NCBI RefSeq assembly: GCF_009914755.1 | Contig: NC_060930.1 | Origin: the human T2T-CHM13v2.0 reference genome, Homo sapiens | Strand: one strand, 5' to 3' | Length of the DNA stretch: 64,000 nt | Shown: positions 1 through 13,976 of the stretch, one piece after another | Position numbering within the stretch: the first letter of the stretch is position 1 | Layout: each line of letters opens with the position of its first letter | The notes under the pieces: generated by a model | What the model was told of the DNA's origin: nothing | Databases searched by the model: none | The model's input: the letters and a program-made list of their open reading frames with translations, nothing else | Program-made: the position numbers and the translations under genes

Positions 1-1924
1 GACTCATGAGATAACCCCAGAGCTGATGGGAAACTTCCCAAGGGCAGGATCATGGGCAGTTCCATGTCCGTGTCCCTTGGAGGGTGGGCATGTGCCAGAG
101 CCCCAGGACTAAGTGGTCAGGAACACTTAATAAATGTGGAAGTTTCAATAAACTAATTTTTATTAGACAAAATATGCAACAAATTCAGTGCTCAATCATT
201 TGCAAGCATATTTTCCGCCCCAGGGACTACTGAAAACAAGCGTAGAATGGCTTCTAGGGCACTGTTGTAAAATTCTGTAAAGATTCTCAGTAACACCTTA
301 TTTAACAAGCCTGAAACCTAAGTGTTAGAGGCATAAAGATAGAGAAAAACACTCTAAAATGATACATTTCTGTAGATGTAGGAAGGTTTAGGTATTGATT
401 TATATTCGCCCAAATCTTTTTTGTCTTTTAATTTCTGTCTCATCTTTTTCACAGTATCCACAATTCTCTCATTTTCTCAGAGGTATAAGGACACGAAAAG
501 TCTCAACAAAGCATCCTGGTTTATTCTGAGGTATTTTCATTCTGGATTTAAAATACTAAACCCTGTTATCATATTTCTTTCTCCCCTGAAGCTTTGGATA
601 ATCTCAAGGCAAAACACATCCCTAACAATTGGGTTACCTCTACAAATCTTGAAAATCCTACATTCAGAATTGTTTCATCTGGCATAAACCTGCAGGTTTG
701 CATGGGTGAGTAACCAACCATACTCGAATACAGGTAGTAGTGTAATTTGAAATGGAATTTGATTCCTTTCTTCTTAGGAGGAGCAATCTTATTTGAAAAT
801 GAAAATCACAATCCATGTGTATGGCTGTTTTACAAGAATTGTCACTTTTTTTTTTAGAAAGGCTGTAAACAAGAGAAAGGGTTCCTGTCTAACAGAGGAA
901 CATCACCTGATAATTGCATAAGAAAATTATAACTAATTTTGTTAGGTACTATTAGAAAGCAGGTAGAACTAAGGAAAATCTGTCTCTTGATAAAAGTAAA
1001 ATTATATTAAAGAGACAATTCTATTGTATAAGGGTAAATATGCATTTAACATTTCATTTAAAGTTAGGAATACATCTACAATAAACTGTTATTCCTACTC
1101 TGATTACTTAATTCCTGAGAAGTCATAAAAAACAAAACAATGTAACTTACCAATCAATTATATAAAGCATATAGCTATATTGTTTGTAAAAGAAAATATT
1201 AGCTTTTAAGCTAATGTGTGTATAATATGTGTAAATATCAAAGTAACAATAATTTATGATGGCTGCTTTTTTTTTTAAAAAAAAAAAAAGGTAAAATATC
1301 ACTTTTCAATCAATGATAGGGCCTGTGCAGGAAGTTGTCATTTTCAGCTTAAGGATAAATTAGCAAAAGTTTTGTCTATCGACTCTCACCTGGTCTTTCA
1401 TGCTGAGAGACCTGCATTACTAAGGACTGTCTTGTAACTAGAGTTTGTGGGTATGTAACAGCCAAAAGTTAAGTAGACCACTGACACTTTGGACCTCTAA
1501 TTCGGCTCTTATCAGCCACAGGCTAAGGCTGAAACGATTGACCACAGAGATCTGAGGAGCTGAGTAAGCGGCTAGGGCAGGTTTGACTCTTTTTGAACAA
1601 AGCCAGACAAAACTGTAGAAAAAGACTTTTTAACTATGTTTGTAGCTAGAAGAAAAATTACTTTGGTCAAAAGTGGATGTAATAATGCTTGTAACTATCT
1701 GAGAGGAAGCAGACTAGTCAACTCCTTTTTTTGCTTTTATCATCTTTATTAAAGGAAATGGTCTGCAGACTAGGAAGAGTAGAACAAGCATGGCTCAGAG
1801 GAAATTTATTCGGTATGGCAATAACACCGAAGTGATAAAATCAGTGTGACTGGGCAGTGATGTTGTTTGACCTCTGGGACTCCCCAGCAGTCTTTTATGC
1901 TTAATGGACCACATGACAAATGAA

Positions 1925-2450
1925 TGTGGTCATTCATTCATTCACTCATTCATTCATTCAACAAATACTTATTAAGCTTATCTTCTGGAGGATGGAGTTG
2001 ACTATATTAATCAGCATGTAAGATCATTTCAGAAAGTGACAAATTCTTTAGAAAGAACCAAGGAGAAGGAATAATCATTGCAAAGACCTGCAGAGTCATT
2101 TTCTTTTGTTTTGATCACTTTTTGCTGCCCCTGAAATATTCATCTATTTCCCACCTTCATGTCTTCACATGCTATTTCCTCTGCCTAGGATGACTTTTCT
2201 GTCCTCTGCTTAGAAAACCTGTAATTATGACTCAAAATCCAACAAAAATAACACATGCTCTGTGAAACTCTCATCATTCAACTGCTTGAAAAGGAAGGGA
2301 CTTGAGAAATTAGCATTACCTAGTTATTCTAGGCACATTTTGCGAATGTCCTTTCAAAATATATATAACATTATTGTTTTTATTTACCTTTTCTTCTCTT
2401 ACCCTGTTAACTTGAGCTATTGTAATGAAATAATCCTATATATATTTATT
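1925..2450. mobile_element. Degenerate LINE-2 fragments (antisense 3' end then sense piece)
   Basis: cattcattcattcaacaaatacttattaagc is the reverse complement of the L2 3' terminus; downstream sequence is L2-like. Confidence 0.55.
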
Positions 2451-2459
2451 ACCATAGAT

Positions 2460-2692
2460 CAGTAACTGGCAAAACTTTTCTGTGAATTATTTTATAAAAT
2501 ATTACCAGGTTGTAAATGTTTAGGTTTTGTGGGCCTTACAGTTTCTGCCACAATTATTCACCTCTGCCATTATAGCATGATAACAGTCATAGACAATTTG
2601 TGAATTAATGGGTATAGTTCCTATAAAACATTATTTACAAAAAGGGGTGGTGGGCCAGATTTGACCCATGGAAAGTAGCTTGCTGACCCTCA
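2460..2692 (-). mobile_element. MER58A-like hAT-Charlie MITE
   Basis: ggcaaaacttttctgtg...aaaacattatttacaaaaagg...gggccagatttgaccc...ttgctgaccct follows the reverse complement of MER58A, with decayed TIRs. Confidence 0.8.
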
Positions 2693-4470
2693 TAATTACA
2701 GGTTCTATTTACTTTTCCTTTTCCTTTCTGTTGTTTGGAATAAGTTCCTATGGTTTGTATATTTTGTTATATGAGCTTTGTCTTTCCACATTTCATTTCT
2801 ATTCATTTGAAAGATATATTTTATGTTTTAAATCCTACTGTTGGTTACATTTGAGGGTCTAAAAAGGGTCTAAAAAATATATGAACACATGTTATAAATA
2901 ACAATGGCAAAACTTGAAAGAGTGTATCTATCCAATTCTCCTCAAGGAAGATGAGAAAACTAACACGAACTTTTTTCCTCATCCTCATCTCTTCCATTTC
3001 AAATTTCTATAGTTGTATCAGAATTTGTAAATGAATTTATTATTTTAAAATTATTTTTATATTATGTGTATTGTTCTTTTAAGGTTTATTATGACATTTG
3101 ACTTGTTTTATAACCATATGTATAAAATTTCATAGAGTTGATCCTATTTAAAAGCATTGAGTGAATATTACAATAATTTTTATATCACCTTTCCTCCATT
3201 ATTTAGTTCCTTTTGTTTCCTCATTCTTCAGTTGGCTAAATTACATTCTGATGTAATTTTTTTGTGGGGGGCAGTTTTTGTGTCCATGATACACATTCTG
3301 AGCCACTGAATACTTGTGAATATTTTTCTAATGCCTTAACACATGGAAAATAACTCTCTTGATAATCAAATTTATGTTCTCATGGTGATTCTCTATTCTG
3401 CATTCTTTTGGCTTCCTTTTAAGTTAATTATTGGAAAAGGAAAATGGGCATTAAGTTTTATTAAGCTCTTTGAAATACTTATCTTTTCTTCTTGAAGATT
3501 TAAAATATCTCCATTTGCTTTTGCCAACAATCAATCACCTATAACAAATACTCATCAGATCCTTCTAAAATATATTAACTTTTAGGATACTAAATAGCAG
3601 CTAGCATGTTTTCATGATAAGCAAATTATACCAGAATAATTTAATTCTCTGCCAGGGAGAAATACCAGGTAGAAAAAAAAAAAAAAAAAAACTTATATCT
3701 GACACAACTGTATTATGCTGAGGCTTTTGATTTGGTTTGACCTGAAAATTCTACTAGCTTTGTAGGAAAGGTTGGTTTTGAACATACTCATATTAGGTAG
3801 ACTAACAAATTACTAAAAGACCAAATTCAAATGAAAAGCATTATGATGACATGGATGGAACATGAATTTAAGTTAATAATCAGGAGAGATGTTTGTTTGT
3901 TTATTTTATTTTTTATTATTCCATTTTCCTGTTTAGACCTGAGGCAATTTTTCCCATTCATTTGTTAATATATAAAATAGATATAATACCTATCCAGAAT
4001 GGTACCTATGAAATTGTTCTGAGGATCACTGGAAAATGTAAATATAAGTTTTTGTAGCTATAAAATCTATACTTTAACATTATTATTTTCCATTTTATTA
4101 AAATAACCCATGCAACCTAAGAAGTCAAGTAAAGGTATTATTAGTGTAATATATGTATGTGTGTCTGTGTGTGCATATATATTTTAAACAACATTTTTCC
4201 ATATGACATAGGGTATGATATATACCAATAATTGTTCTTCTTTAATGCATTATAACATTGCAAATATTTTATTTACTAAATCAAATACTTTTGTCATATT
4301 CCAGGCAATATAATAGACATTAAAATGCAGATACAAAATAATACAGAATTTTCTGTATTCCCCATAATTCACCTGCACAAACTGATGTGCAAACTTAGTG
4401 TGAAAATCACTAGCCAACTGGATAGCCACATGCAAAAGAATGAAGCTGAACCTTTAACTCACATCATTTA

Positions 4471-5008
4471 TGTTAGGTACAGTAAGTTCCTCTTCAAAGA
4501 GACGGGTTGCTCAGCCTCCTTGTTCTTTGTTCTCTATTTTCAAGCCTAACTTCCTCGTTCTTTGTACCTCTCCCTCTCCCTAGTTATGGTACATAACCTT
4601 CCCACCAGCCCTAATCTGTAATTTACATCTATTCCCTTGATTACCTGCTCTGCAATTGTCTTTCCTGCCAGAACCACCCTTCCCACTTTTGCTGTGCCCT
4701 AACATGCCCGGACATGCCTTCAACTGTAATGGACAGCCTCTCCCTTCCCGCCTAGTTAGCCCTATTCAATTTTAAACAGTAGCCAATCGGGTCAGCTTAG
4801 ATTGTGCATCCTACTCCAGCCAATGGGGAAAGGACACAGCTCCAGGACCTGCTGCATTAGGGATGAAAACCCCTGCCCTACCCAGCTCAGTGTGCTCTCT
4901 CAGCAGTCAGACATGGGAGCAGCACACTTCTGCAGAAGTAAATTTGCCTTGCTGAGGAATCTTTCTTTTGTTCATCTTCATTGCGGCACTGAGCTTTTAT
5001 TTACAACA
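4471..5008 (+). mobile_element. Solo LTR, ERV1 class (family not assigned)
   Basis: TG...CA termini, 4-bp TSD ttta (4467-4470 / 5009-5012), two CCAAT boxes, AGTAAA signal near 4937; interrupts collinear L1. Confidence 0.75.
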
Positions 5009-5021
5009 TTTATAAAAATTA

Positions 5022-5345
<324 letters not shown>

Positions 5346-6186
5346 AACTCAAAATGGATCAAAGACTTACAGGTAAGAGCTAAAACTATAACACATAGGA
5401 GTAAACCTAGATGACCTTGGATTTGGCAATAGTCTCATATATGACACCAAAAGCATACACAATAAAGAAAAAAATAGATAAAACTTTGCAAAAATGTTTA
5501 GATGAAAAATTTCAAAATTTGTAATTTTTTAGATATTTTTAGATAAATGAAATTTTTACCGAGTTTCATTTTTTTATAACCTTTGTCCCTCAAAGGACAC
5601 TGTCAATAGATACTATCAAAAAAGTGAAAAGATAGTATACAGAATGGGAAGATACTTGTAAATCATATATCTTATAAGGATGAAGTGTTCAGAATATATA
5701 AAGTATTCTTACAACTCAAAAACAAAAAGACACATGACTCAATCAAAAAATAAATGAACTTGAATAAACATTTCTCATAAAAGATAAACAAATGGTCAAG
5801 AAACCACGTGACTGACAGGATGTTCAGCATCATTAGTCATTAGTAAAACACAAAACCACAATAAGATGCCACTTTATACCTACTAGGATGGCTGGAATAA
5901 TAATTTTTTCAAATGATAATAACAAGTGTTGGCAAAAATTGGAATCCTTATACACTGCTTGTGAGAATGTAATATGGTGCAGCTGATGGGGACAATTTTA
6001 GTGGTTCCACCAGAAGTTAAACACAGAATTGCCAATGACCCTGCAATTCTAGTCTTAGGTATACTGTTTAACCAAAGTAACTTAAAACACATGGGCAAAC
6101 AAAAACTTGTACAATAATCTTTATATAAGCACAATTAACGATTGCCAAAAGGCCCATCAACAGACAATTGGATACACAAAATATGG

Positions 6187-6188
6187 TG

Positions 6189-6219
<31 letters not shown>

Positions 6220-6390
6220 ATATATGTGTGTGTATATATATGTATGTATATATATGTGTGTATATATATGTGTATATATATGTGTGTATATATATGTATA
6301 TATATGTGTGTATATATATATGTATATATATGTGTGTATATATATGTATATATATATGTATGTGTATATATATGTATGTATATATATATA
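6187..6390. repeat. Compound (TA)n/(TG)n microsatellite, about 200 bp
   Basis: Uninterrupted alternating purine-pyrimidine run. Confidence 0.97.
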
Positions 6391-6477
6391 ATGAAATATT
6401 ATTCAGCTACACAAAGTAATAGAGTATTGATACATGCTACCACAGGGATGAACTTTGAAAACATTAGGTGAATAATC

Positions 6478-6517
6478 ATCTACAGCCATGCTACCTTGAA
6501 CACACCCAATCTAGTCT
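6478..6517 (+). pseudogene. Tailless 5S rRNA retropseudogene (5S nt 1-40)
   Basis: atctacagccatgctaccttgaacacacccaatctagtct matches GTCTACGGCCATACCACCCTGAACGCGCCCGATCTCGTCT at 31/40, with four mismatches at CpGs; flanked by taggtgaataatc / taagtgaaataatc. Confidence 0.8.
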
Positions 6518-7119
6518 AAGTGAAATAATCTAGGCACAAAAGGCACATATTATATAACTTAAATTATATAAAATGTCCAGAATATTAAATATATAGAAAT
6601 AGAAAGTGGATTAGTGGTTTCATAGGGCTAGGGAAAATAGAGGGCAAGGGAGATAGGTAAAAGGTACAGGATTTCTCTTTTTGGTGATTAAGATACTCTA
6701 AAAATGACTGAGATTATGATTGCATATTGAATATACTAAAAATCATTGAATTGTACACTTCAATTCACCTGAATTGTATGGTATGAGAATTATATATCAA
6801 TAAAGCTTTTTTTTAAATTGATGGTTATATTTATTACAGCTATTTTAGTCATGTGTACCCAAGACCTCTCTGTTCTAATGCTGATGTCTTATTTTATCTT
6901 TCTTTATATTCTGATATGAATATGGAAAGTTTGTATGATGTCAGTAATTTTGGTGACTTAGTAGGAATGTGAATTGTGAAGACCTGAGATGAGGATTCAA
7001 CTCTACTATTACCAACTATGTGTTCTTAGGTAAGCAATGTAATCTCATCTCATACAACAGGGTTGTTGTCATGATCAATAAATAGTGTATAGTAATGGCC
7101 ATAATGAATAGAGAGCCTA

Positions 7120-7610
7120 TTGTTGGGTGTCTGTTATCTCTTGATAAATAATAAACTAACCAAACACTTAGTGGTTTAAAACACTAACTATTCATTTAAT
7201 TCACAATGCTGATGGGTGGTTCTTCAGCTCTGGGCTTTGCTCAGCTATGTTAGCCAGGCTTGTTCATGTAACCCTCTGGAGTCAGTTGGAAGATGGGCTG
7301 AAGCTGGCTGAACTCAGATGACCCAACTCATAGGTCATCTATGATCAGCCAGATGATGGGGATGACTGGGCCATACATCAGTTACCATCTCTCATGCTAG
7401 CTTCTGCTTGGTCACATGATAATAGGGTTCCAAGAATGTGAGAGCAGAAGCTACAACACCTCTTGGGGCTTAGCGCAAGGTAATTTTTATTACATTCTGT
7501 TGGTCAAGGAAGATCACTGGGCCAGCTCAGATTCTAAGAATTTGAAAGTTTACTAAATTTCTTGTTAGTATTTGCTGGAAAGCCTTGTAGTCATTTTTTG
7601 TATCTACCAC
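7120..7610 (-). mobile_element. MLT1-family MaLR LTR
   Basis: aacacttagtggtttaaaacac...cattctgttggtcaagg...ggccagctcagattc...tctaccaca, typical of MLT1 read in antisense. Confidence 0.7.
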
Positions 7611-8308
7611 ACATAGTAGTGGCAGAAGCTCTGGAAGCAAATTTTCCTGAGGCAAATTGGTTTTTTATTGGCATAAGAATTACTTCTTCAGCTCATTTTG
7701 TATCCTCAATAACAAAAAATAATAGGAATATCATTTGTATTAAAAACATATATGTGTATGTATGTGGAAGTACTGTGTAAACTACAAAGCATTTCACAAC
7801 AGAACTACTGCTATTGCTGTTAGGCACCCACTGTGTGTTAATGCCTGTTAATGCTATGTGACAAGATGCCTTGACTTCTAGTGCTAAAATTTAAATAAAT
7901 ATGTATAACTGGAAACCATGTGTTACATATTATACTCTAAATGTTTATCATATTAATTTTGTTATCTCAAAAGTATAAACTGTCTCCAATGGTGAAACAT
8001 TTAAATGCAATGCAATACAATTTGGGGCATATCCACTGCCTTTAATCACTACAAAGTAGCTTAGAATATGACATCACAAAGCTTGAAATATTGCATAAGG
8101 GTCAAAAGATTTAAGTCCTAGTACTAGAACTGTCACTAATTATGGTACACTAGGTCTATGTCTCTGACATATGCCTAAATATATCAATGACAAAATAAAA
8201 TTTTATCTGGCACAGTACTTGGAAATTTTAGATGGAAGAGAAAGTAACATTACTTGGAATAAAAGCAAGACTAAATGAATTCCAGAAAGCCGTATTCTCA
8301 ATTTACAG

Positions 8309-8551
8309 GCAGCAATCTTCAGAAGGTGAGAAGTGAAAAATTTAACCAGACATAATATCCAGAAAAGTCAGACTAGATGACTGCCTCAGGAAAGAAGACA
8401 TCTGATCTACTACAGAGGAATGTTCTACCAAAGAGATGGGATGTCACTCCTTGATGAGTCCTGTACAGAAAGCAAAATGAACAAACAGAAAACTGCCAGA
8501 AATGGAGACTAGAAGAAACAGCAAGACACCTCAGAGGACTTGCTGGTAAAA
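8309..8551 (+). pseudogene. Candidate decayed exon (243 bp, phase 0-0)
   Basis: ctcaatttacag| ... aaa|gtgagt; 81 codons with 3 stops (...LPQERRHLIYYRGMFYQRDGMSLLDESCTESKMNKQKTARNGD*KKQQDTSEDLLVK). Confidence 0.5.
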
Positions 8552-8859
8552 GTGAGTATGCCTTTAGGATAGTGTGGGAATCAAAATAATGATTCCTGCA
8601 ATTTCAAATCATGATTTTTTGAGGACTGGGAATTAGTTACCATGCAAAAGCTGCTATGTCATCTTCCTGGAAAAAAGAAAAGAAGAAGAAAAAAGGGAAG
8701 GGAAAGGAAGGGAAGACATCTTAAGGAAACATATATAACAGAGTTTGAGGTTAATGAATTTGTGGCAGAAGTAAAAGAAAACTCACACCTAGTGTGACAG
8801 GTGTGAGAGGCTATGGTGTGCTGAAGTCCTCACAGCTTGACTGTCATATTATACCCCAG

Positions 8860-9006
8860 GTTCATGGAGCACCATAAACCTGAGATCGTTTGTACACATT
8901 AGAAGAATGCTTGACTACTACAGATTATAAGAGCCCTATATTATCCTTAGGATAGTTGCATAATTTCCTAAAGTATTTGACAACAAATTCTTTGACTTTG
9001 CTGCCG
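8860..9006 (+). pseudogene. Candidate decayed exon (147 bp, phase 0-0)
   Basis: tattataccccag| ... ccg|gtaatt; 49 codons with 3 stops. Confidence 0.35.
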
Positions 9007-10314
9007 GTAATTATAGATGACTTTACCTGGGTACCATTGTTATGTGTGGCTCTATGTAAATACATTTCTTGGTCTTTTCCTGTATAATTGATGTTCTTTA
9101 AAATTGTTAATACATAGCAAAAATGATTTTTAATAGTTCTTTTTCTATTTAATTTTTAAAGAAACACAGAATGCTAGTTTCCTTTTTTCTCCTCATTTTC
9201 ATACAGAAATGTGCTGTAGATTGTTTAATTGCCTGGTTAACAAAGTTGTTGCATGCTGGAGGTTTAATTATTTTGGTTTCACAAATTTCATAATGTGTGT
9301 CAATACTGTGGCAAAATACCCTGACTTCTTAATGCCAATGCTTAACAAAATCTATACATAACTAGAAACTCATATATTTATGATTTTTGAGAAAACTATG
9401 CTCAAAGGAAATAGCCTATTATCTATGTTGTCCCAAAGGCATTTTACTTTGTTAAATAATATGATTTTTATAACTTTTAAATTTCTTAAAAAAAGAAAAT
9501 AAGGCTTTTTTCTGTTTTTGTAGTTGAGTCTAATGTATGGACTAACCACAAGAGAAGTAATGCATTCAAGTTTCAATATGAATACTTCATTTATGATATA
9601 GCACATATATTATTTATCATATAATATATTAAAAGTATTCCATATGATACTCTTCAGAGTTTGAGCAACATAGAAATCTTCCCAAAATTCTTTTTTGTAA
9701 TTTAGAAATCTGGTGTTCCAGAGTTTCTTCGTCAATGGAATCTAAATTTATTTTCAGTATTCTAATTAATTATTTTAGTAGTCTTGACTTTGTGACTTAA
9801 AATTTTATAGGAAATTGTTATGAGATGACAGAGTATTCAGTTATATTAAAAAATGGTCTTAGGCACTTTTCAGATAAGCAAGGCAATAACAAAAGGCAGT
9901 AAACATATTGTAAAATTTTAATTACATTTTTTAAATGGCTGTTTTTTCTCAATGTAGATATAGAAGAATTATTAATATTCATTGCATTTATACATGTGTA
10001 TTGAAAAGTGTTTGGAAAACCTAAATGTAATATATTCACTTAGTCTCAAAAGGATTGGAATAAACCTTTGTCCCTAAAGGAAGTTCTTAAAAGGAATGAT
10101 GCTATTTGCACCTGTAACAATAACACTATTTTACACTTATACCCTGAAACAAACAAACAAAAAAACAAAACTGATTGCTTATTTCAGTAAATGTGCAAAA
10201 TTTTTAATAAAATTATGGAAATTAATAATAAAATATATCTTCTTATATTCTAGGCCCAAATATATTCTATATATATTTATCTCAGAGTGAAACTTCTTCT
10301 TTAGTCTTTTCTAG

Positions 10315-10725
10315 AGTTTACGCTAACATGGGACCTTTTGGGAGGCTATATGTAAATACAAATAGATGTTGTAATACCAAAAAACTTCCACTAGCTCTCA
10401 AGATATTGCAAAAGGAATAAGAAATCCTGTCAGTCTCTGGGAGCTTATTCATATTCAAGCTTGCAGGCCCTTGAAGTTGCTCAGGCAACAGATAGTTCTG
10501 ATCCTGTGTTCTAAGACCTAATATCCTACAATTGCTAGAAGTTTGCACAGAATAAGTTCTAGAGATGAAAGTCCTACCAGCGAAAGACTCTTGCTACTAA
10601 TTCTTAGTATGACATGAACACATTTCCTTAAGCTCAAAATTTATCCAAAACATTTCATAGCCCATCTCAGAGCCAAAAATCTACTGATAGATATTCAGAA
10701 AATTCCTAAGTATAATGAAGAGAAG
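10315..10725 (+). pseudogene. Candidate decayed exon (411 bp, phase 0-0)
   Basis: cttctttagtcttttctag| ... aag|gtagga; 137 codons with 5 stops, only 2 in the last ~115. Confidence 0.45.
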
Positions 10726-10806
10726 GTAGGAATGGTAGTCATTGTGTTTTTGTTGTTTTCCCAGGCAGTATCATCTATTTTAACTGGCAAATTAATTTTT
10801 TTTCAG

Positions 10807-11088
10807 AGATCAGAAAATGACATTTTTATCCTGCTATTATATTCTCTTTCCTCAAACTTATCAAAAGAGCAACAGGGAAAAAATGTTAAAAGGCCATAAC
10901 TCTAATAAAAATCTAGGAATACCATTCTGCCAGGTGCTAGGAAACCTTGTTCAAACAAAGGAGAAAACTGCATGGTGAACAAGGGCCTTCTCTCACTCTA
11001 TGCTGGAAGCAGTCTTGTCAAAACTTAATATTGGCGTTTAGGAAAGAATATCTCCATTGATTATTTGGCTAGAATGAAAAACATCGAG
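10807..11088 (+). pseudogene. Candidate decayed exon (282 bp, phase 0-0)
   Basis: Poly-T-cag| acceptor 81 bp after the previous donor; gag|gtgtgg donor; RSENDIF...KSRNTILPGARKPCSNKGENCMVNKG...RMKNIE, 4 stops. Confidence 0.45.
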
Positions 11089-11218
11089 GTGTGGGTGGGC
11101 AAAGGCAGAAGTGGGAGTTTTCCCTCTAATGACTCAGTGTGACAACTCAGAAAAGCAAAAGAAGTAGAGTAGCAAAATCAAAGTGTGCTGTCAAGTTATT
11201 CACTTTTCTATAATCTAG

Positions 11219-11497
11219 CCCCTTAGCCAAAGGGGGTTGCCAGGAGTAAATGTCATAAAAGAAGGCAAGTCAGTGAACACAAAGAAGAGAAACTTCAAAT
11301 TAAAGCATTTAGCCATAAATGATATGGATACTTGAATCCCATACATTTAGGAGACACTTTCTTCTTAACAAAGGATATGATAGATTTGGTTAACAGGCAT
11401 CAAATAGAAGTCAACACTTCAGAATACTGATGATCTATCATCTTCCCTTTGCTACCCTGCTTTTCTTCAACAAATACCTTGCACCTTTCAAAAATGA
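11219..11497 (+). pseudogene. Candidate decayed exon (about 279 bp)
   Basis: cacttttctataatctag| then 38 open codons PLSQRGLPGVNVIKEGKSVNTKKRNFKLKHLAINDMDT; weak donor gtaata. Confidence 0.35.
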
Positions 11498-12059
11498 GTA
11501 ATAATCTGAAAAAAAACTAAGAGAAAAGCTACACTTAGAGATTAGCAATCTTTCCCCCAAAAGAACAAATGGATGCACAAAAACACAAGAACTACATACA
11601 TCATAAGAATGGCCTAAGGATACCGTAGAATAATGCAATTACATTGTCACAGAATCAAAGAAGTTGGCAATAACATGATATGCCCAGAAAGAGGCTCAAA
11701 GAAGAACTTACAAGTTAATGAGGAAGATAGACAGCACAATGGCAAAAGTCAGGAACAGAATAGAAAAAATGGGTGAATAAAACCACTGTCTAAATAAAAA
11801 GCACATCAGAAACAACAAAAAATATAGGGGCATAGTTGGTGAAGTGAGATAAAATATAAATAATCAATTTCCTCATGTTCTCAAATAAGTAGTCAATTAT
11901 ATGACATGAATACAGAAATGTGAGTTTATCACTCTTTCATTAAAACATTTTTCAGAATATTTTTCTTACCTTAATAAAGCTAGTGAATTTCTTAATGAAA
12001 ATTTTAGTTTTTATATTAAGTAAATTAAAGTCAATGCTTTAGGTTAAAAACAGTATGTA

Positions 12060-12830
12060 GGGGCTTCAAGTTTCTTACATCTTTGGAGAGACGTTGGAAA
12101 TCCTTGCTCTCATCCTTACAACAAGAAACAGCTGGACAAACAGAAAATCGGTGATTTTTTTAAAGACCGCTGGTGGCCCATTTCTAGAGTCTTAACAAAG
12201 GAACACTTTGCCAGAGCACAATTTAGAAACCTTATCCAGTAGTGTAAGTGTAATTCTTTCCCACTCCAGCTCCCTCTAGCCTTCCCTTAAGAGGGGGAAG
12301 AAGTCAACAACAGGGCACAGAACTTCAAGGAAATAGATTGGGAACACTGGAGCCAGAGAAGGGAGTGGGCAACAGGAAGAATGTAATACATGTGGAGGAG
12401 GGTTGGAAACACTTGTGAAGCCACACCCCAATACGTAGGCCAACTAAAACATTTAATTGGGAGATCACAGAATGTACCCCCTACACCCACCACTGTGCCA
12501 AGGGAGCTCCAGTGTAATAGCAGTGAACTATGACTACAAAAACTGAAAGATCTGTAAAGTACAACTCTCTCTGAGTAGCAGCACCAGAGGAAGGAAACAC
12601 CAAAACACCAAAGCCAAGAGAGGGGAACAAAATGAGAACACTAAAAGAATTTTCAGCCTCTGGTACTGATAGCCGCAAAAGACATTAAATTCAACTAATT
12701 CCTATTAATATAAATTGTCACACTAAATGCCTATTTTCTTTGGTTTCTATTCTCCAATATAACATGCTGTTTGTTTTTCAACAAATTTTAGAAAGCTTTG
12801 CCAAAAGAGAAGAAAAAAACAGTCTGAAAA
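12060..12830 (+). mobile_element. Old L1M 5'-region fragment
   Basis: ctcatccttacaacaagaaacagctggacaaacagaaaatc and later motifs resemble L1M 5' sequence. Confidence 0.45.
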
Positions 12831-12935
12831 ATAGGCTTCACATATAACACTAAGTAGGACGGAAATTTTAACAAATTTATTTAAGAGAAGGCAACATTTT
12901 AAAAATGTCAGACGAGTATTATTCTTACCATACAG

Positions 12936-13132
12936 ATAAGATATTTCTCTCCATGGAAGGGAAAGGAAAAAGAGATTGAGTCATAAAAGGAATGGCAGAT
13001 GTTCCTTTCCCAGCACTCCAGTGAGAAAGCAGACAAGTAGGAACTTTCCATTTGGGAGTTTAAAGAGGAAACATGAAGAAAGGGTGTTAAATCATTGTGT
13101 CTATAGTTATCTTCAACTTAAAAGTTCTTCAA
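12936..13132 (+). pseudogene. Candidate decayed exon (one frameshift, donor lost)
   Basis: attcttaccatacag| IRYFSPWKGKEK / RLSHKRNGRCSFPSTPVRKQTSRNFPFGSLKRKHEERVLNHCVYSYLQLKSSS; possible gtatgt to atatgt donor decay. Confidence 0.35.
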
Positions 13133-13705
13133 ATATGTTTACATTGCTGCTCTGTTTTAGAAATCAAGTGTGTGGATTTTCAGACTCCAGAACAATGAAG
13201 TTGTCTGTGTCTCACTGCCTTTTAAATAGCATATAGTCAAATTGATTTATTCAAATACAATCTACTAATTTCAAAAAATTATAATTATTTTAAATAAATT
13301 ATGAATTTAAAAATTACAAAAGCAAATTTATGTCACATAAAAAGTCATTATTTTACTTATCTATTTAAAGGTTTTTCAAAATTGAAACAATAACAATACA
13401 TAATACTAATGTACATTTTTAAAATTTATACAAAATCCCATATCAGACATATAAAAAAACAATTTTAATGTTATCTTTCAGCCTTTGATCACAAGTGTAA
13501 ATCAGTTTATGGAGTTGAAATGATAGGTTCCATATCACTTGCTTTTCTTCTATTTTAACTAACATATTACTTTAAAAATTTATATAGTCTTCCTTTAATT
13601 TTTGAATAGGCTTTATTGACTAGAAGAATAACTTAAACAAGGGACTGAATTGCTCAGGAGGGGGACATTAATTTTAGATAGTAAAAGTAAATGTAATTAA
13701 CACAG

Positions 13706-13948
13706 CCGAATTCCAAAGAAACTACTCTAGATTAGTCAAACCTTAGAGAGAGTGAGAACGAAAATGGAATATCCACAGAACAGTGAAATGCTTATCATGG
13801 TCTTAACCTCAGGAGGAAAGGAAGCCAAGAACATCTCAGACTCAACAGTTCAGAAAATCAGAATCAAAGCAAGAGTTGCCTTGGTAACGAGAGTCCCACA
13901 TTCTGGTTACAGGGTTATTGTTGTGACACTGAGAAAAACCACATTTAG
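13706..13948 (+). pseudogene. Candidate decayed exon (243 bp, phase 0-0)
   Basis: aattaacacag| ... tag|gtgaag; PNSKETTLD*SNLRESENENGISTEQ*NAYHGLNLRRKGSQEHLRLNSSENQNQSKSCLGNESPTFWLQGYCCDTEKNHI*. Confidence 0.4.
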
Positions 13949-13976
13949 GTGAAGTTAATAATAATTACAGGAAAGG

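Noticed and set aside
1380-1570. Possible promoter or first exon (slightly GC-richer, ga|gtaagc donor near 1563)
   Set aside because: No CpG island or other support; too weak to call.
6107-6471. Y/I/V/C/M-rich ORFs
   Set aside because: Translations of the TA/TG microsatellite.
8309-13948. Two candidate exons both 243 bp long, suggesting exon duplication
   Set aside because: No convincing nucleotide or peptide alignment by eye; probably coincidence.
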